Assembly: GCA_003693705.1 (NCBI GenBank)
Contig: RBZT01000545.1
Location: 4,127-68,126, forward strand
DNA: 64,000 bases
Direction: 5' to 3'
Origin: Polymyxa betae A26-41
Taxonomy: Eukaryota > Protista > Endomyxa: Phytomyxea
Below the pieces are notes generated by a model, which ran no database searches, was not told where the DNA came from, and worked only from the letters and a program-made list of their open reading frames with translations. Below, piece by piece: positions 1-13,157 of the stretch. Position numbers and translations under genes: made by a program. Within the stretch, counting starts at the first letter, position 1. Each line of letters begins with the position of its first letter.

Positions 1-3
1 GGT

Positions 4-2476
4 TTGATGGCGTTGTCCATATTGTGTTTGTACATTCTGCATGATGATCTCATCTTTCTGGGGAATCATTCGCAGACCTATCGAGTCGTCAAAAGCTCCA
101 AGCCATTATCATTTTCTGAGTATCCCACCTATAATCAATCACTTACATGCAATCCAGTTTTAATAGAGTCCATTCCCTTCCCATCGCCTAGACCACTCCC
201 TCATTCCAATCCCGCCAATTTCTGTCAACGATCGGACTCGTTCTCTGAACTCGACCATGAGAACAACGCGATTACAATCTGGGAATCGTGCTCCGGACCA
301 GTACAGATTATACTCAGCGATGGCTATAAAATGTCCATGCAACTTCTGAGGTCCAGTCCCGGTTCTGTTCCTCTGAATGACGCTCAGCAGATTGTCGTCA
401 AATGTCTTTCAAACGGTCTTGTTGATACTCATATTCGGGTCCTTCTTCCTGATAGTAAAGACTCAGCTCCAAATCCCTCTAAACCTCATTTCATAGTACT
501 GGTTGTCGATTCCGTTGCTCGAGCTCAGTTTATTCGGCAATTCCCAGCCACATGCTCAGTTCTGCAAAAAATCTCGCAACAGCAGATTTCTGACCGACAT
601 CGTGTTTATGGCTTCTCGAGGTATAGTACCGGTGGTGTAGGAACAGCTGGCAATCTCGTCCCAATCTTATCCGGACATTCAATCCGGCCTTGGCGTTCTC
701 GGCACCAATTATTGGACTTATTGAATGTAAGCAGGGTCGAACGACATCAACATGATGGGAACCTTCTATCATTATTTAAATCGAATGGATATTTGACATC
801 ATTGATGGACGAAAGCGGCCCGTATTGGTCTTCGTCTTTGATCCGCTACTTCTCATCGCCTCTTGCGAACGAAGGCGACATCGACGGAATTTTACGATCG
901 TTGACTGATTGGAGTTTCTACTCGATGGTTGATACCATGCTGAAAGCTGGCGCGCCTTTCGACCCGAAACTTATCTATGCTGATAGTAATATTACAGCAC
1001 TATGTGTTGGTGATCAAACATTGGAACAGATCGAGTTTCAGCGGTTACGGCAGATGCTGAAAGTTGCCAGCAATAACAATCAGCCACTGTTTTCAGTCTC
1101 GTTATTTAACACGGGCCACGAACCTCGTGTTATTCGAGCTCCCACGCTCGATCACCCATTAGCTGTATGCCATTTTGCCTTTTCGGACATTATCTTGAAT
1201 TTCTTTAATTGATTATGGTTAATACGTTTTACAGGAATTTCTGGAAGACTCGATAAGGTCGCATGAGAATTTGGCGTTGATATTGATGTCGGATCATGGA
1301 ATCGGGTATGGACCTTATGCCATTAGCGATGTGGGCATATTTGAGAACAAACTTCCTACTCTGTTCATGATTCTCCCTGAATCACTTTCAATGACACCCA
1401 TTCAGAGACACAACCTTGAAAGCAACCAAGACCGGTTGGTATTTCCTCTGGATCTTTATGAAACTCTTTCGTACTTTGCCAATCCATCCGTCTACAACTC
1501 GGACGATATCCCAGACGGCGAAGGGGCCTCATTATTGCATCATATCCAACCTGCATGGAGGAACTGTACGTCGGTCGTGGGTCGATACGACGTCGACTAC
1601 AAGTTCTGTGCCTGCGTCTTACGACGTCCGCTTCGTTCGCATCTGTTCGGTTTGTTCGCTCAGCTTATCGTCAATTATATCAATAACGAAGCTGCTATCA
1701 ATCCAGCCTGCGAACCGGTATATCTGCACCATTCAGGATCTTTCCTCGCTTTCGCTCTAGATGAGTTTGATCGTACTGGCCCGGGACGAATCGCAATCAA
1801 GACGACCGTAACGTCGCCGAGTGTTCAGCAGCATCCTGAACGAAGTACAAATGGAACCGAAATTTTCACTGGGTACTTTAAGAGGAGTTTGAAGAGCTCT
1901 GGAGATAGTGTGGAGATTGAGATCGGGCAAATATGGGATACTATTAGGAAGCAATTTCTAGGCCCTGTAGCGATCATTGATCGCGATTATCACCAAGATC
2001 TTGTTCATGTTCTTATTCGTAGCAACAGTAAGCGATTGTTCCAGCAGTCACTTCGTATCGATCTTTATCATCTTGATATTCCAACATCCAAGCTTGTCAT
2101 GTCATTCCATCTAGACCAGGATGTTGCAGAAAACGAGACTGTCATTAGATTAGGAAGAGCCGATCAATTTGCTCCTGGAAGATGGTGGGCAATACTCAAG
2201 TCTGGCAGTATGATCATATCGAAATCCGATTTCATCGTGATCAGTTCTTCGACGTTGTCGGCCTCTAGAACAGGCGATGTATTGCTAAATGGAATCTGGG
2301 AGGTGGATTCGGTTCGTCGAGATACCGAATTCGGCCAGTACGAATTTTGTTCTGGCCCAACACCTATTCTTTCGTTCTGTCTATGCAACGTATCCAGACG
2401 ATTCGCTCCTGATCCAACCCATTGGAATTCGGTCGGAAACCCACTTCAAACTCCTCCTAGAACTCAGTTTATATGA
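4..2476 (+). CDS. DUF229 / alkaline-phosphatase(sulfatase)-superfamily membrane protein, two visible exons (intron ~1165-1234); 5' end may lie outside the window
   Basis: Motifs VLVVDSVARAQFIRQFP, GH, LMSDHG, ENKLP, NQDRLVFPLDLYETL and C-terminal RxxxFGxxxxC...FCLC are typical of DUF229 proteins. GT..AG intron between ORFs 4..1212 and 1271..2476. Confidence 0.75.
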
Positions 2477-2644
2477 TTTTGATATAAAAAGACATTCATT
2501 CTACTGCCTTGTCAGTAAAACACGGATTTCTACAGAGTTTCGATTACACTTAAACATAGAGGTATTTAGTTTATAGACGATTAATCTGTTCTGTAACTCG
2601 TGTCAAAGTTGCAATTGAAATACAGAATAGAGATTAGAACGGTG

Positions 2645-3475
2645 TACTACAGCTCTGGATTACTGAATGCTGAATTTATTGTCCGCAAAGTTCCCGGGGT
2701 GAACCGGACTGAAACTGCATCATTGGCATCTATCAGCACACGATTCATGCTGATTTAATCGAGTAATTGTTAGTGTCACCTCGATCCTTTGCAACAATGC
2801 TCCTGACCTATCATCAATTCACAAATATTCCCAATTTCCCAATTACCAATCATCTGATATAGCGTTATTGTTGGTGGTATGAGTATTTGTCCTTGGTCTC
2901 CTTACGGTCTGCGTTCTCTGATTGTCATAGACATTAGAATGAACAGCCTCAATGCCATGCCTGTGAAGAAATCAACTTTCAACGATGATTCAATCTACAG
3001 ACAGCTGTGTTGCCGTGATTTTTTGCCGATCATTCTTGGTTTTGATTAAATTGTGCATCAGACCTGGCTTGGTTATTCACTCTACTAATTATTATTCAGT
3101 TGAATTTGATTCAAGAACAGAAGCCACATCATCTGACGACTGATTCAGATGATACTTATTCACTACTGGTATTAGCAATAATCCATTAATAACTACAGAG
3201 ATTACGAATCCAAGTGCAACGAATCGTTCAAACATTTCTACTGGATTATCAACCTGGAACGAGAAACTTGGACCAGACAGCAATTTTTTTCTGATCCAAA
3301 GCGTTTACATTCCTCAGTGACAACGACCTGGTCCTAGTATGCATGAAACTCATCGAGGTCTGCAGGCTTGTTAGATACTAAAAAACATAATTCCAAGGGC
3401 AGATATGGCATGACCGACTATAAGAAACTCGAATTCATTTATTAAGAGTGAATAGCAGATTATTATGAGCATGGG
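2645..3475 (-). CDS. Hypothetical multi-exon membrane protein (weak TMEM192-like resemblance)
   Basis: Hydrophobic exons (NEFEFLIVGHAISALGIMFF; ERFVALGFVISVVINGLLLIPVV) linked by plausible short introns. Boundaries uncertain. Confidence 0.35.
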
Positions 3476-3558
3476 TCATGGGGAGCGAGAGAGGAGGAAG
3501 GAGACCTTCACTTTTATGAGGAGAGGTTGCGTCACTACAACCACATTACAACTCAACA

Positions 3559-4241
3559 ATGATCACCAAGATGGAAATCAATGCAGATAACAGCTGTATG
3601 TAAAACACAGACCATATGTACCGGGTTCTTACTCCAATCTATAGGTTTATTCAATGCTATAGGGTCGTGATTCGTGAATCCTCTTCTCACTATGGATGAT
3701 GCTGACTGCTGGTTTCAGGCATGTCGTCAGGACGATGGGCTGTCAGGCGGATCATGCTCCTGCTATGAGGGCCATTGTGGTATCTGTGATCCAGTCTGCA
3801 CCAGATAAATATACAGATGCATTTCTGGGGAAACCTATTAATGAATACTGCAAATGGATTATGAACGAAGAGAGCTGGGGTGGAGAGATTGAACTTGATA
3901 TTTTTAGTACATTTTATCAAATTCAGATTAATGTTGTTGACATCCGGGCCAAAATGATCCACAAGTATGGGGAATATGCTTTATGCTGTTATTTGCTGTA
4001 CGATGGCATCCATTATGATGTCCTTCAAGATAATTCAGGACAATGTCTTTTCGAGCCGGAAGATAAAGTCACTTCAGATGCTATGCTCAGTTTCGGTGTC
4101 AATGCCAATTTACAGCATGCTTACACTGATGTCAGCAGCTTTCAACTCAAATGTGACATTTGCAAAGAAGGACTAAAAGGACAGAAAGATGCTGTTCAAC
4201 ATGCAAAGCGGACTGGGCATGCTTCCTTTTCTGAATTCTAA
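3559..4241 (+). CDS. OTU1: OTU1/YOD1-type deubiquitinase with C-terminal C2H2 zinc finger
   Basis: Exon 1 MITKMEINADNSC (catalytic Cys), then WGGEIEL, LLYDGIHYD (catalytic His) and CDIC...HAKRTGH. Confidence 0.9.
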
Positions 4242-4653
4242 TTTTCCATTGTATATACGTATCATTTATAATAGATCGTGTTCTGATGAATGTCCCGGTA
4301 GAAATGAATCACCTTTTTGTGAAATTTCCCTCAAGTTATCCCAACGCATTGGAGCTAGAAAAATGCCAATATTAAAAACAGAATGATTACTGCAAGCTTG
4401 ATTTTTAACCTGTATTGTGATTACAATATTTAGATAGCAAAAGTTGAAGCATGCCGAATTTGGAAATCGTCGACATCGCCGCATGATACTCAATTCGGAA
4501 AATCTTACAAAAAATCATACGTCCATTGTGCTTGACTATTTATTTTAATACTTTACACAAAGTATGTCAAACACAAGCCTTATTATGGCTTTTGGAATGC
4601 AGATAAAAAAACCGTATTGTCAGCTGATGCCTTTGATCTTGCTACTTGACGCC

Positions 4654-7600
4654 TTATAAGATCTCGATCCATGTTTGAGCCGTGCTGTAGGTCAAAATAT
4701 TGTCCCCGTCCCCAATTCCTAGAATCTCATTTGTGATCTGTGAAGGAAGGACACTACACGATTTACTGATTGTTGCGACATCGTAGTCACCCGTGTTCAA
4801 TGCTGATGTGTAGATCAAGTTCCTGAGTTCATACTGAATCTCTGATATGTTGGTCGACGACGCTGTTAGCATAATTAACGGAAATAATAGCAAACCTGAC
4901 AGCCTTACCAATTGTGGTCGATTTAGTTCCATATCTGAAGCTCACATTACAGAATAAAAAGGTATCAGATTCATACGGGACGCGAGATATCGTGACGTTT
5001 GCAAACACCTTCGTCGGCGTGTTTGCCAAAATGTTGATCGTATCATCGAGCGAAATTACAACAGGATCTTCGATACCCAAAACGGAAATGGGGCAAGATT
5101 TGATATCTATAGGCGTTCCTGTTGTATCATTCAACACTATTCTTAACGAATCGCGTCCATTAAAGTTCGCCAAAGGTTGATATCGAAGAACCAAGCTTGA
5201 TAATGAGGATTTGTGCAGCAATAAATCTGATGAGCCGAAAAAATATGAAACATCGCCATTGACAACAGCGATTGTTCCTATTATAAAAGTAAGTTATTTT
5301 TTTCCGAAGAATGGTTGCTTACCATTATATGTCTCCAGCGATAAGCGATACAGTATGTCTGCATCTTGTGAAGCGTCGTAATCAGGATCTGCGATATCTA
5401 CCGATTGCTCATCAGAAAAAGTTTGGCCAGAAAGTTAGCACGTTACTTTGAAGTAATGAGAAAGGTGGTAAATAAATGTAATGATCTTCATTAACTGAAG
5501 CAACAGTAGAACAATTCAGATTCAAGACTGGTGCATCTGGTTCAGGCAGAACAATAATAGGAACAGTCTTAGACAGCAATGTTTGGCCGTCCTGTGTAAG
5601 CAAGCTCAGATCAGATTCACAGAACCGAAATAACATACCGAGACAGAAACGCTGAGAGAGGCTTGGAATCCGTTCCAGTTTAGTTTGGGCCTTATGGAGA
5701 CATTTTGTAATGCATTGCTGATCGCAGCAACGTCAGCAGTCAAGCTACTAACCCCCCCAGATATCGTTGCTAGAAAAATCAAACTCTAATGTTTGCATTA
5801 CAAGTATTCATACCATTTAAATAAAGACCACCGTCTACTGTTGCTGTGAATGCCACATTTGAATTGTCGTCGGAATCCTTTAAGGTGAAGTTCAAGAAAG
5901 TTATTGTATCCTCAGATGTTAAAATGGGCAAGTTGACATTTTCCAGAGTCAAGGACGGTGGATGGTTCACATGAGATATTGTAACTAACGAACTCGCATT
6001 TGTCCTACAAACAAAGTTTCATCACATGTTATAATAATAGCTGATGATAACCATTACCATTCGACGCTGTCAGCACCAGAGTATCCGTTGTCGCTAGCCC
6101 ATATGAAGATTGTAGCATTTCCGTGATATAAAGGAAACGACAATTCCAACTAAGAGCATATTATTCAAGAGCAACAAATTCGACAACAACTTACGTTCTG
6201 TAAGGCCTCATTGACGCGTTCTAATGATCCGTTGAAATCAATGCGAGAATTAGTCAGTACCGAGGTGTGCAAGCCAAGCAAAGAACCAAGTGTCAGTATT
6301 GCTGCTAAAAGATCAAGGATAACACAGCACAACTAGCAATTGATACAAACCTGTTTCCGGAACGGTGTAAACAGATACAGATAAATAAGGTTCGGCAGCA
6401 TCATTAAGATCAACGTCAGCGACGGTAACGTTTCTAAAAGCAAGCACACATGACATGTAATGTAACGTTAACGTATCACCATACATATTGAGAGAAGCGT
6501 CTTCTGCAGTAGCAAATGTTGGGGACACCAAAACTGTAGGTGCATCATTAACTGGGGTAACAGAAACCTCGAGTCGAGCCTGTAGTTGGTCCTCGATTTG
6601 GAAAACGATCACGTCATTGGGATTGAGACCCGAGTTCCAGTTCGGAGCGGGTGTATAGACTAAGTAAATGATCAGCACAGCTTAGAGAAGAAGGACAAAC
6701 GGAACCTATTGTGAAATTATGGAACGATTCTGTTATTAGTATTTGCAGCGTGATATTATTCGACGAAGATTGGATAGCAACGGAGACATTATTTGCCGGT
6801 AGTAAATCTAAGGTGGATTCAAGGACAGATGCGACTATGGTCAGGTTTATCCAAGATTGCAGGGAATTGACACCGAAGACGGTCACATCAATGGGCATTG
6901 CGGTATCCTCTAATGTGGTTCGATGAAGTCCTTCAACCAGTAAAATCTGAGCAGGATTATGCAGCAACGTAACAGGCAACTCTGATGTCACATTCTTGTT
7001 GACATCCAAATCTGTGCAAAAACATGATTAATCAATACTTCATAAGAAAGCAGGTACGTACCAGTTACAACAATATTGATGACATCAGCAAAGGGTTTGT
7101 TCGGGCTGCCATTGTAAGTGATAAAATGTTGATTTACAGCAGAATGTAAACGATTTATAGGACCACTCAGATAAATATGATGTGATCCGACCCTATACAA
7201 ACGACTGTTACAAGAAGTGATGAGATGCTCAGAAAGAATACTCATCAATATTGATGCTAACTCCAGTAAGTTGAACGAAGTCGCAGTGGAAACTTCCATC
7301 GATAGCTTGTAAGAGCAACTTATAACGAGAGTATATCGATTCCCCAGCGTCTGAGCGTCATTTAACCAACATTCGGTAGCTATTGCCATATTGCTGGGGT
7401 ATTATTACCTGGATCTGTCAAATTGATACACGCTGCTAAAGACGTTGGGACTCTTAAGCTCGTTGAAAGAACTTCACTGCAACGCAACATGAATAAAGCC
7501 AAAAAAGAAATTGCCTGACTTCAGACCATGTGGATACAATTGGAACGTTATTGATTGGATTAATGAGAATGTCGGTTCGACAGCTGTTGGACAGGCCATG

Positions 7601-10514
7601 TCCAGTTATGTTATAGATTAAACTGACTGGACCACAACAGCGACTATTGAAATATAGGGCACCACTGACAGAATATTTACTTGTCAATATGGTATCATGC
7701 CATCCCTTTCTTACAGATATTGCAACTGTGCTAAAGCCAGACTAACTTGGATATATGGACCATACAACGTTAGAGAGCGAGTATTATTCCCACGCAAGAC
7801 CAGCTGTTTCAGTGTTTGTAGGTAAAGAAATTGAAGATTTTGAAAAATACCCCGACACGTACCTGATTGGGAATCGATGGCAAAAGAAGCACGCCGGACG
7901 ATGCTGATGCTGTGAAATTCATAATCGGGTTTATCATTGACGAATCGGATATTTCCACAGAGCCAATATTAGTGATTTGGTTTTCGTTGGCAAATAGACT
8001 TTCAGGGCAATACAGATTCGGTGCAGTTTTTGTTTGCGTGACAATGATACTAACTGACTTTGGTCCAGCAGAGTACATCGTATCGTTCAGCCAGAGCTCC
8101 AAAGTCGCGTTGCCAACAAAGTATGCATCAGGTAAAAACGTCATGCTATACAAAGCGTTGTTTATGGACGCCTGTAAAAGGGCAGTTAGATGTAAGACAT
8201 GTTTGTGGAAATATTCGCACAGAGTTTCCAAAGACAAGGATGTCCTTATCGTTGAAGCCAGAGCCAGCGAAAAAGTACAGTCCTTCTTTAGATGATAAAG
8301 ACACAGATCCGTTGACAGCCTGTCCAATATTTGAGTGAACCCGGTCAATAATGAGGTTTAAGAGCTTCAACAAACCTTACAAGTTAGATACAAATCATCG
8401 TCTTCATAATCTGATACCGAAACAGACGTGATAACTGTGGCGTTGACCGTGTATGCCTGTATATTTTTCGGAACAGCGATCGATGGAGGAGTATTCTTTC
8501 GCGATAGATACACCGGAATTGTCAAGCGATTTTGAGCAGCATGTTTGTCGCTTGCGAGAACAGAAACTGAGCAATCCATGCCAAAGACCAATGGATAAGG
8601 AACAAAATTGACCGGAGACAACACAGCAGAAATGATTTCTTGAGGACCCGTTAAAGTAGAGCCTGTTATATTTAAACCGTCGACAGAACGGAACGAGAAT
8701 GTTCCATATGAAGAATCTAGAGTAACCGTGACGTTATTGTCGTCGACGTCTACCACAGTTAAATTGAAATTTACGTCCGACCCCCCCACTAAAGGAGGCG
8801 TTGGCGAAATATGAATCCGAGGAGCATCGTTTATAGCATGTATAGTGATAGGAATGGATCTGTTGGTCCACAATCCTACATCGGCTTGAAGAGATATGGT
8901 AAGCATATCATTACCATTTATATCTTCGTCCGGCTTGTAAATCAACGGATTCAATGCCGAATTCGCATCTGTCGAAGTTGCGAAAAACTGTATCAAGTTT
9001 GTCTGGCCAATAACAGAATTCAAGCCCGATAACGAAGCTAGTGAAAAGGATCCCGTCGTTACAGACAGAGAAACGAAATACTGGCGACCAAGATCTGAAT
9101 GGGTGTCGTTGATGGAGATTGGGACGGCAACTGCTGAATCCTCATAGACTGAGATAGAATCCGATATAATCAGCTTCGGTAGCGCATCATGGCGAGTTAT
9201 ATACACAACAAATGAAGCAGAGTATGAAGCCTGGTGCACATCGATTGCTTCAATCGTGACGGTGTCAAAACCATGAGCTGTTGTGATCCAATTTGTTGGC
9301 GGGTGATAATACACTGAGCCCATAACAGAGCTTGCAACAGAATAGGGACCGTAAACAGTTAAAGAATGAGATGCATATGATGCATTCGTCTGTGGCAGGA
9401 ACGAATAGTAAAATCTTCCATAATTAGCGATAAACTTTAACGTGACGTTATCCGAGTCAGCAGCATCGATATCAAAGAAATTGATATGATTACCCAGCCC
9501 AAGCGCACCATTCTCCAAGACAGAAAACGAATCATGTGTTGAATTGAGACTAGAAAAGCTCAGTGAGAATATAGAATACTTATTTCCAAATTACCTAGGT
9601 GCTTGATTGTGAGGCTGGACAGTCACGTTGAATACTTTCTCTGAAACATGGAAACCTCCAATACCACCATTGAAATGATCATCCAAGGTCAAGTTTAGGG
9701 TTGCTGTTCCGAACCAGTTCGGTGCAGGCAAGAAACGAACCTCTTCAAAAGTAGCTAATACGCATGGGAGATCACAAAAAAATATAATACTGTTCTTTGT
9801 CAAAGTGGTTACAGCGGCTCCATGAGAAACGGCAACTAAGGGATCAAGTGACAGCGAAGACAGCGTGTTCAATACAGAAAGAGTCAAAGTCATTATGCCT
9901 TCATCAGATTCCGAAAAGAAGTCTTCATCAGTTATGCTAAAGCTTGGCTGCAATAGGACGGGAGAGTTTTCGGTGGTCACAAGCGGTTTGATTTGGTCGA
10001 TTATAGGAGGAATATTGGACGAATGAGTGAGCGTGACATCCGACGTTGCAGATACTGAATCCTTTCTCGATCCTGAAGCATCAGTCCAGTTGGCAATAAT
10101 AACAACCTGAAATAGAGCTGAGCGCCGGGCAGGGATTAAAAAATGTCCGACGAAGATGACGTCTCGTGTCTCAGACAGATAACTGAGCTGGGCTGTACCA
10201 CCATTCGAGGAGAGCAAATTATTCGAATCTATTGCTAACCAAGATTGCGTGGAATTAGCAAAAGAGATGTTCAGGTGGTAAACGGGCCTGCAGCAGTTTG
10301 TGTTCAATGAATAATGCCAAACAAAGCAACCATAACCATACATGTCAGGGATGACGCGACAGTTGATAGTGATGTTGTAGCCATACTGCAACTGGTTTGT
10401 AGTCAATGACGATGTGATAGCTAAGCTCAGGTCAGCTGATGAGTACTGCAGAATGCTGATGACAATAATGAGTAGACGAAATAACATTGAGAGATAATCA
10501 TCAATGATAAGCAT
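4654..10514 (-). CDS. Large secreted protein with ~12 tandem bacterial-type cadherin-like/Ig-like repeats (many introns)
   Basis: Signal peptide MLFRLLIIVISILQYSSA. Recurrent linkers (PHNQAP, AINDAP, KNTPP, PINNVP, PVNDAP, VNHPP, PEPDAP), ED/EN and DxD motifs, and YxPxxNWNG/F motifs across successive exons. Confidence 0.75.
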
Positions 10515-10879
10515 GTAACATCAATGAAGAGCGCAGCTGCAACTTTGGCTGCAGTAGAGGATCATCAGAACGATATCATGGCTTCTTACTGCAGTGGATG
10601 GAAACAGATACAGCAGCCAGACGCTGTCGGTTCAGTTCAGGCTCTACATGAAATCCAGGGAGGAGCTCTGAGGTGTAGTGCATGTGTTACAGCCGAAATT
10701 CAGCAAGAAATTGAGGCAAACAAATTAATTAGAATTGAACTATGAACTGGAGACTGCATCTTAGGCCTATGAGCGCGAAATCGGGAAGTTTCTTGGAAAG
10801 ATCTCCAGACACAACACGGCGGAAGTGGAATCTTTTATCTGAGTCGTTGTATAAGCAGTTGGATTGTGCGTATTGCTGA

Positions 10880-11574
10880 TTATTTCTGGTTGAGAAGCAG
10901 AAGAAGAAAGTTGATTGAATCAGGAGTGAACTCGTCCACACGGTGAATTACTTCTTCTATTTCCATCCAGGAAACGCTGGCGACCTCTTCAACTTCAAGT
11001 TTTAACTCAGAAATATCTCTATCGTCCATTAATATTGTATAAGCCGCGAATAAGTTGAACAAACCTATCTAACTGGACATTATAAATATCACCAAACACT
11101 CGAGTGTGTTCATCTTCATATAAAGCTGTGATCCCAGATCGAATCAACACGCTCGATGGAAGTCCGATCTCCTCTGCCAGCTCCCTTTCTGCATTCTAAT
11201 CGAATTATTCTTCATTGCAAAGTATAAATCTTATATACCTCCTCAAAGGATTCGCCGAACATAACCACGCCGCCAAAACAAGCATCTAACCTATCAAGGA
11301 ATCAATTTATCATGATCACGCTCTACTGAACGAAATACATGTTCGGACAATAGTCTTTGTAGGGAGTTCTTCGTTGTACCAGAAGCTGACTTCGGCTGAA
11401 TTCTCCATTAAGCATAGCCAATTAGTGACGTGAAACTAACCTGCTGTCGAACACAAATATATAAGTCGCCCGGTGAAGGACATTGCTCGAGCGAAGCACG
11501 GCTCGAGGAACGCTGCCAATGCAATTGTTGTCTTTGTCAACTTCAGCGCAGATTTCGGTGGCATCGATAGGCAT
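10880..11574 (-). CDS. Nudix hydrolase (YfcD/IDI-like subfamily), spliced
   Basis: VDKDNNCIGSVPR..LHRATYIFVF, LLVQRRTPYKDYCP, Nudix box GGVVMFGESFEENAERELAEEIG, EEVASVSW, FTPDS. Confidence 0.85.
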
Positions 11575-11931
11575 GGTCTTAACCGCACTGTCGAAACCAA
11601 TGAATAGAAATGGTGAGTAACAAGCAACAATAAAGGCTTTCTGGTTGGTGTCACAAATAAAACAATAGGTATGTTGTTCACACAACCACGATGTGGACCT
11701 ACCACGCTCCCACTTGGATTCTGTTGTGTAAATTCAGGACAAGCATGCATACTAATTTCAAAGGCGGAATGTATAGAATGCAATAAAGATTGGATGCAAT
11801 TTCAGACCAGGCGTCGCCATTGAAATCCCTGTTTAAACAGTAAACATGCAACAAGAGACAGAAAGCAAACTGTAGTAGTAAATACCTAATGTCGGAGTTT
11901 TTCGATTTCGATTTCCTGCTACAGTCTTCTA

Positions 11932-12659
11932 ATGAAGATCTTATATTCATGCCTGTTCCTCTGGAAAGGGGACTCGGCACCTCCCATTAAGCTGGTTGCA
12001 TGCGAAGATCTGTCGTCATTCACCTTGTTCCAGCGAAGCACCATTCGCGAGCATCTCGTCTTTGCATCGCGTACCACCTGTCAGAGAACCGAACAAGGCA
12101 GGCGTCAGTCGGTCTCGTTGAAAGAAATTCCTTTCGTCTGTCATGTATGTTTGTCAGCAAGGCTCTACAAAGTTCTTTGTTTATAATCTATTTAACCTAC
12201 ACTCGCTTTGTCGGCCGTTCCATTTATTCGTCTTTTTTTTCAGTAAATTTAACTTGGATTTAGGTGCATGTACGTCAAGACGGATTAGCAGGAGTTATTA
12301 TCGCTGATAATGAATACCCACTACGTGCTGCTTTCTCGGTTCTAGGAAAGTTCATGCGTGCTATGGAGACCGAACATGCCAATGAATGGCAAAAAGTCAA
12401 TGAAGATACCAACCTCCCTGTTTCGAATATGGACGCTGATTTGAAAAGATACCAAAATCCGGCTGAAGCCGATCAGCTGATGCAAGTGCAACGCAATCTC
12501 GACGAAGTCAAAGATGTTATGCAGAAGAACATTGAAGAGATTCTTAAGCGCGGCGAAACGATCGATAGTCTGATGGCGAAGTCGGAAGATTTGTCGGGCA
12601 TGTCTGTGTCTTTTTACAAGACTGCCAAAAGAAACAATCAGTGCTGTAAATATTATTAG
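11932..12659 (+). CDS. YKT6: Longin R-SNARE Ykt6 (intron ~12146-12263)
   Basis: DLSSFTLFQRSTIRE, DNEYPLRAAF, YQNPAEAD, RGETIDSLMAKSEDLS, FYKTAK and C-terminal CCKYY prenylation motif. Confidence 0.95.
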
Positions 12660-13157
12660 ATTTTCTATAATTAAGCTTCTTTGTTGTTCCGTAGAACCTG
12701 TTCATACCTTCCCGCTTTCTTGGAATGAACTGATCGTATTTAGACATGTTTCATTTTCACAAGCTTAAACAAGCCTTCGTTGATTTCTCACCCTCAGTTG
12801 TGATAAGCTCTAAATCACCGAAACTCGACCTAGCGGTTGAAAGTTTGCCAGTTCTCTGCCAGATTACGCTCAGCATCGATTCACTTCAACGTTCCCTGAT
12901 CGCCGATTTGATATCAGGTTTTTTCCTTGCGCTATATTCGCTCACCAATCTCTTGAGATAGTTTGTTATTTTATAATCAAGCGAAGGCCAATGTTTCAAG
13001 TAATGAATAGTTGATGGACAATCATGCACTAACGTCAGAGCTCACTATGAGAACCGCAGCGGCTGTAGCAGGGTTAGGGTTTAGGGCTTTACACCAATCT
13101 TGCGACTGTTTGCTAATAATGCGTAGTTAGTCGCTTTGCTGCTACTCTAGCATCGTT

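Noticed and set aside
4914-9032. Plus-strand ORFs overlapping the cadherin-like gene
   Set aside because: These are antisense shadows of the minus-strand coding exons.
10524-10745. 73-aa plus-strand ORF between the adhesin-like gene and Nudix
   Set aside because: No motif or splice support; it occupies the promoter/UTR space of its neighbours.
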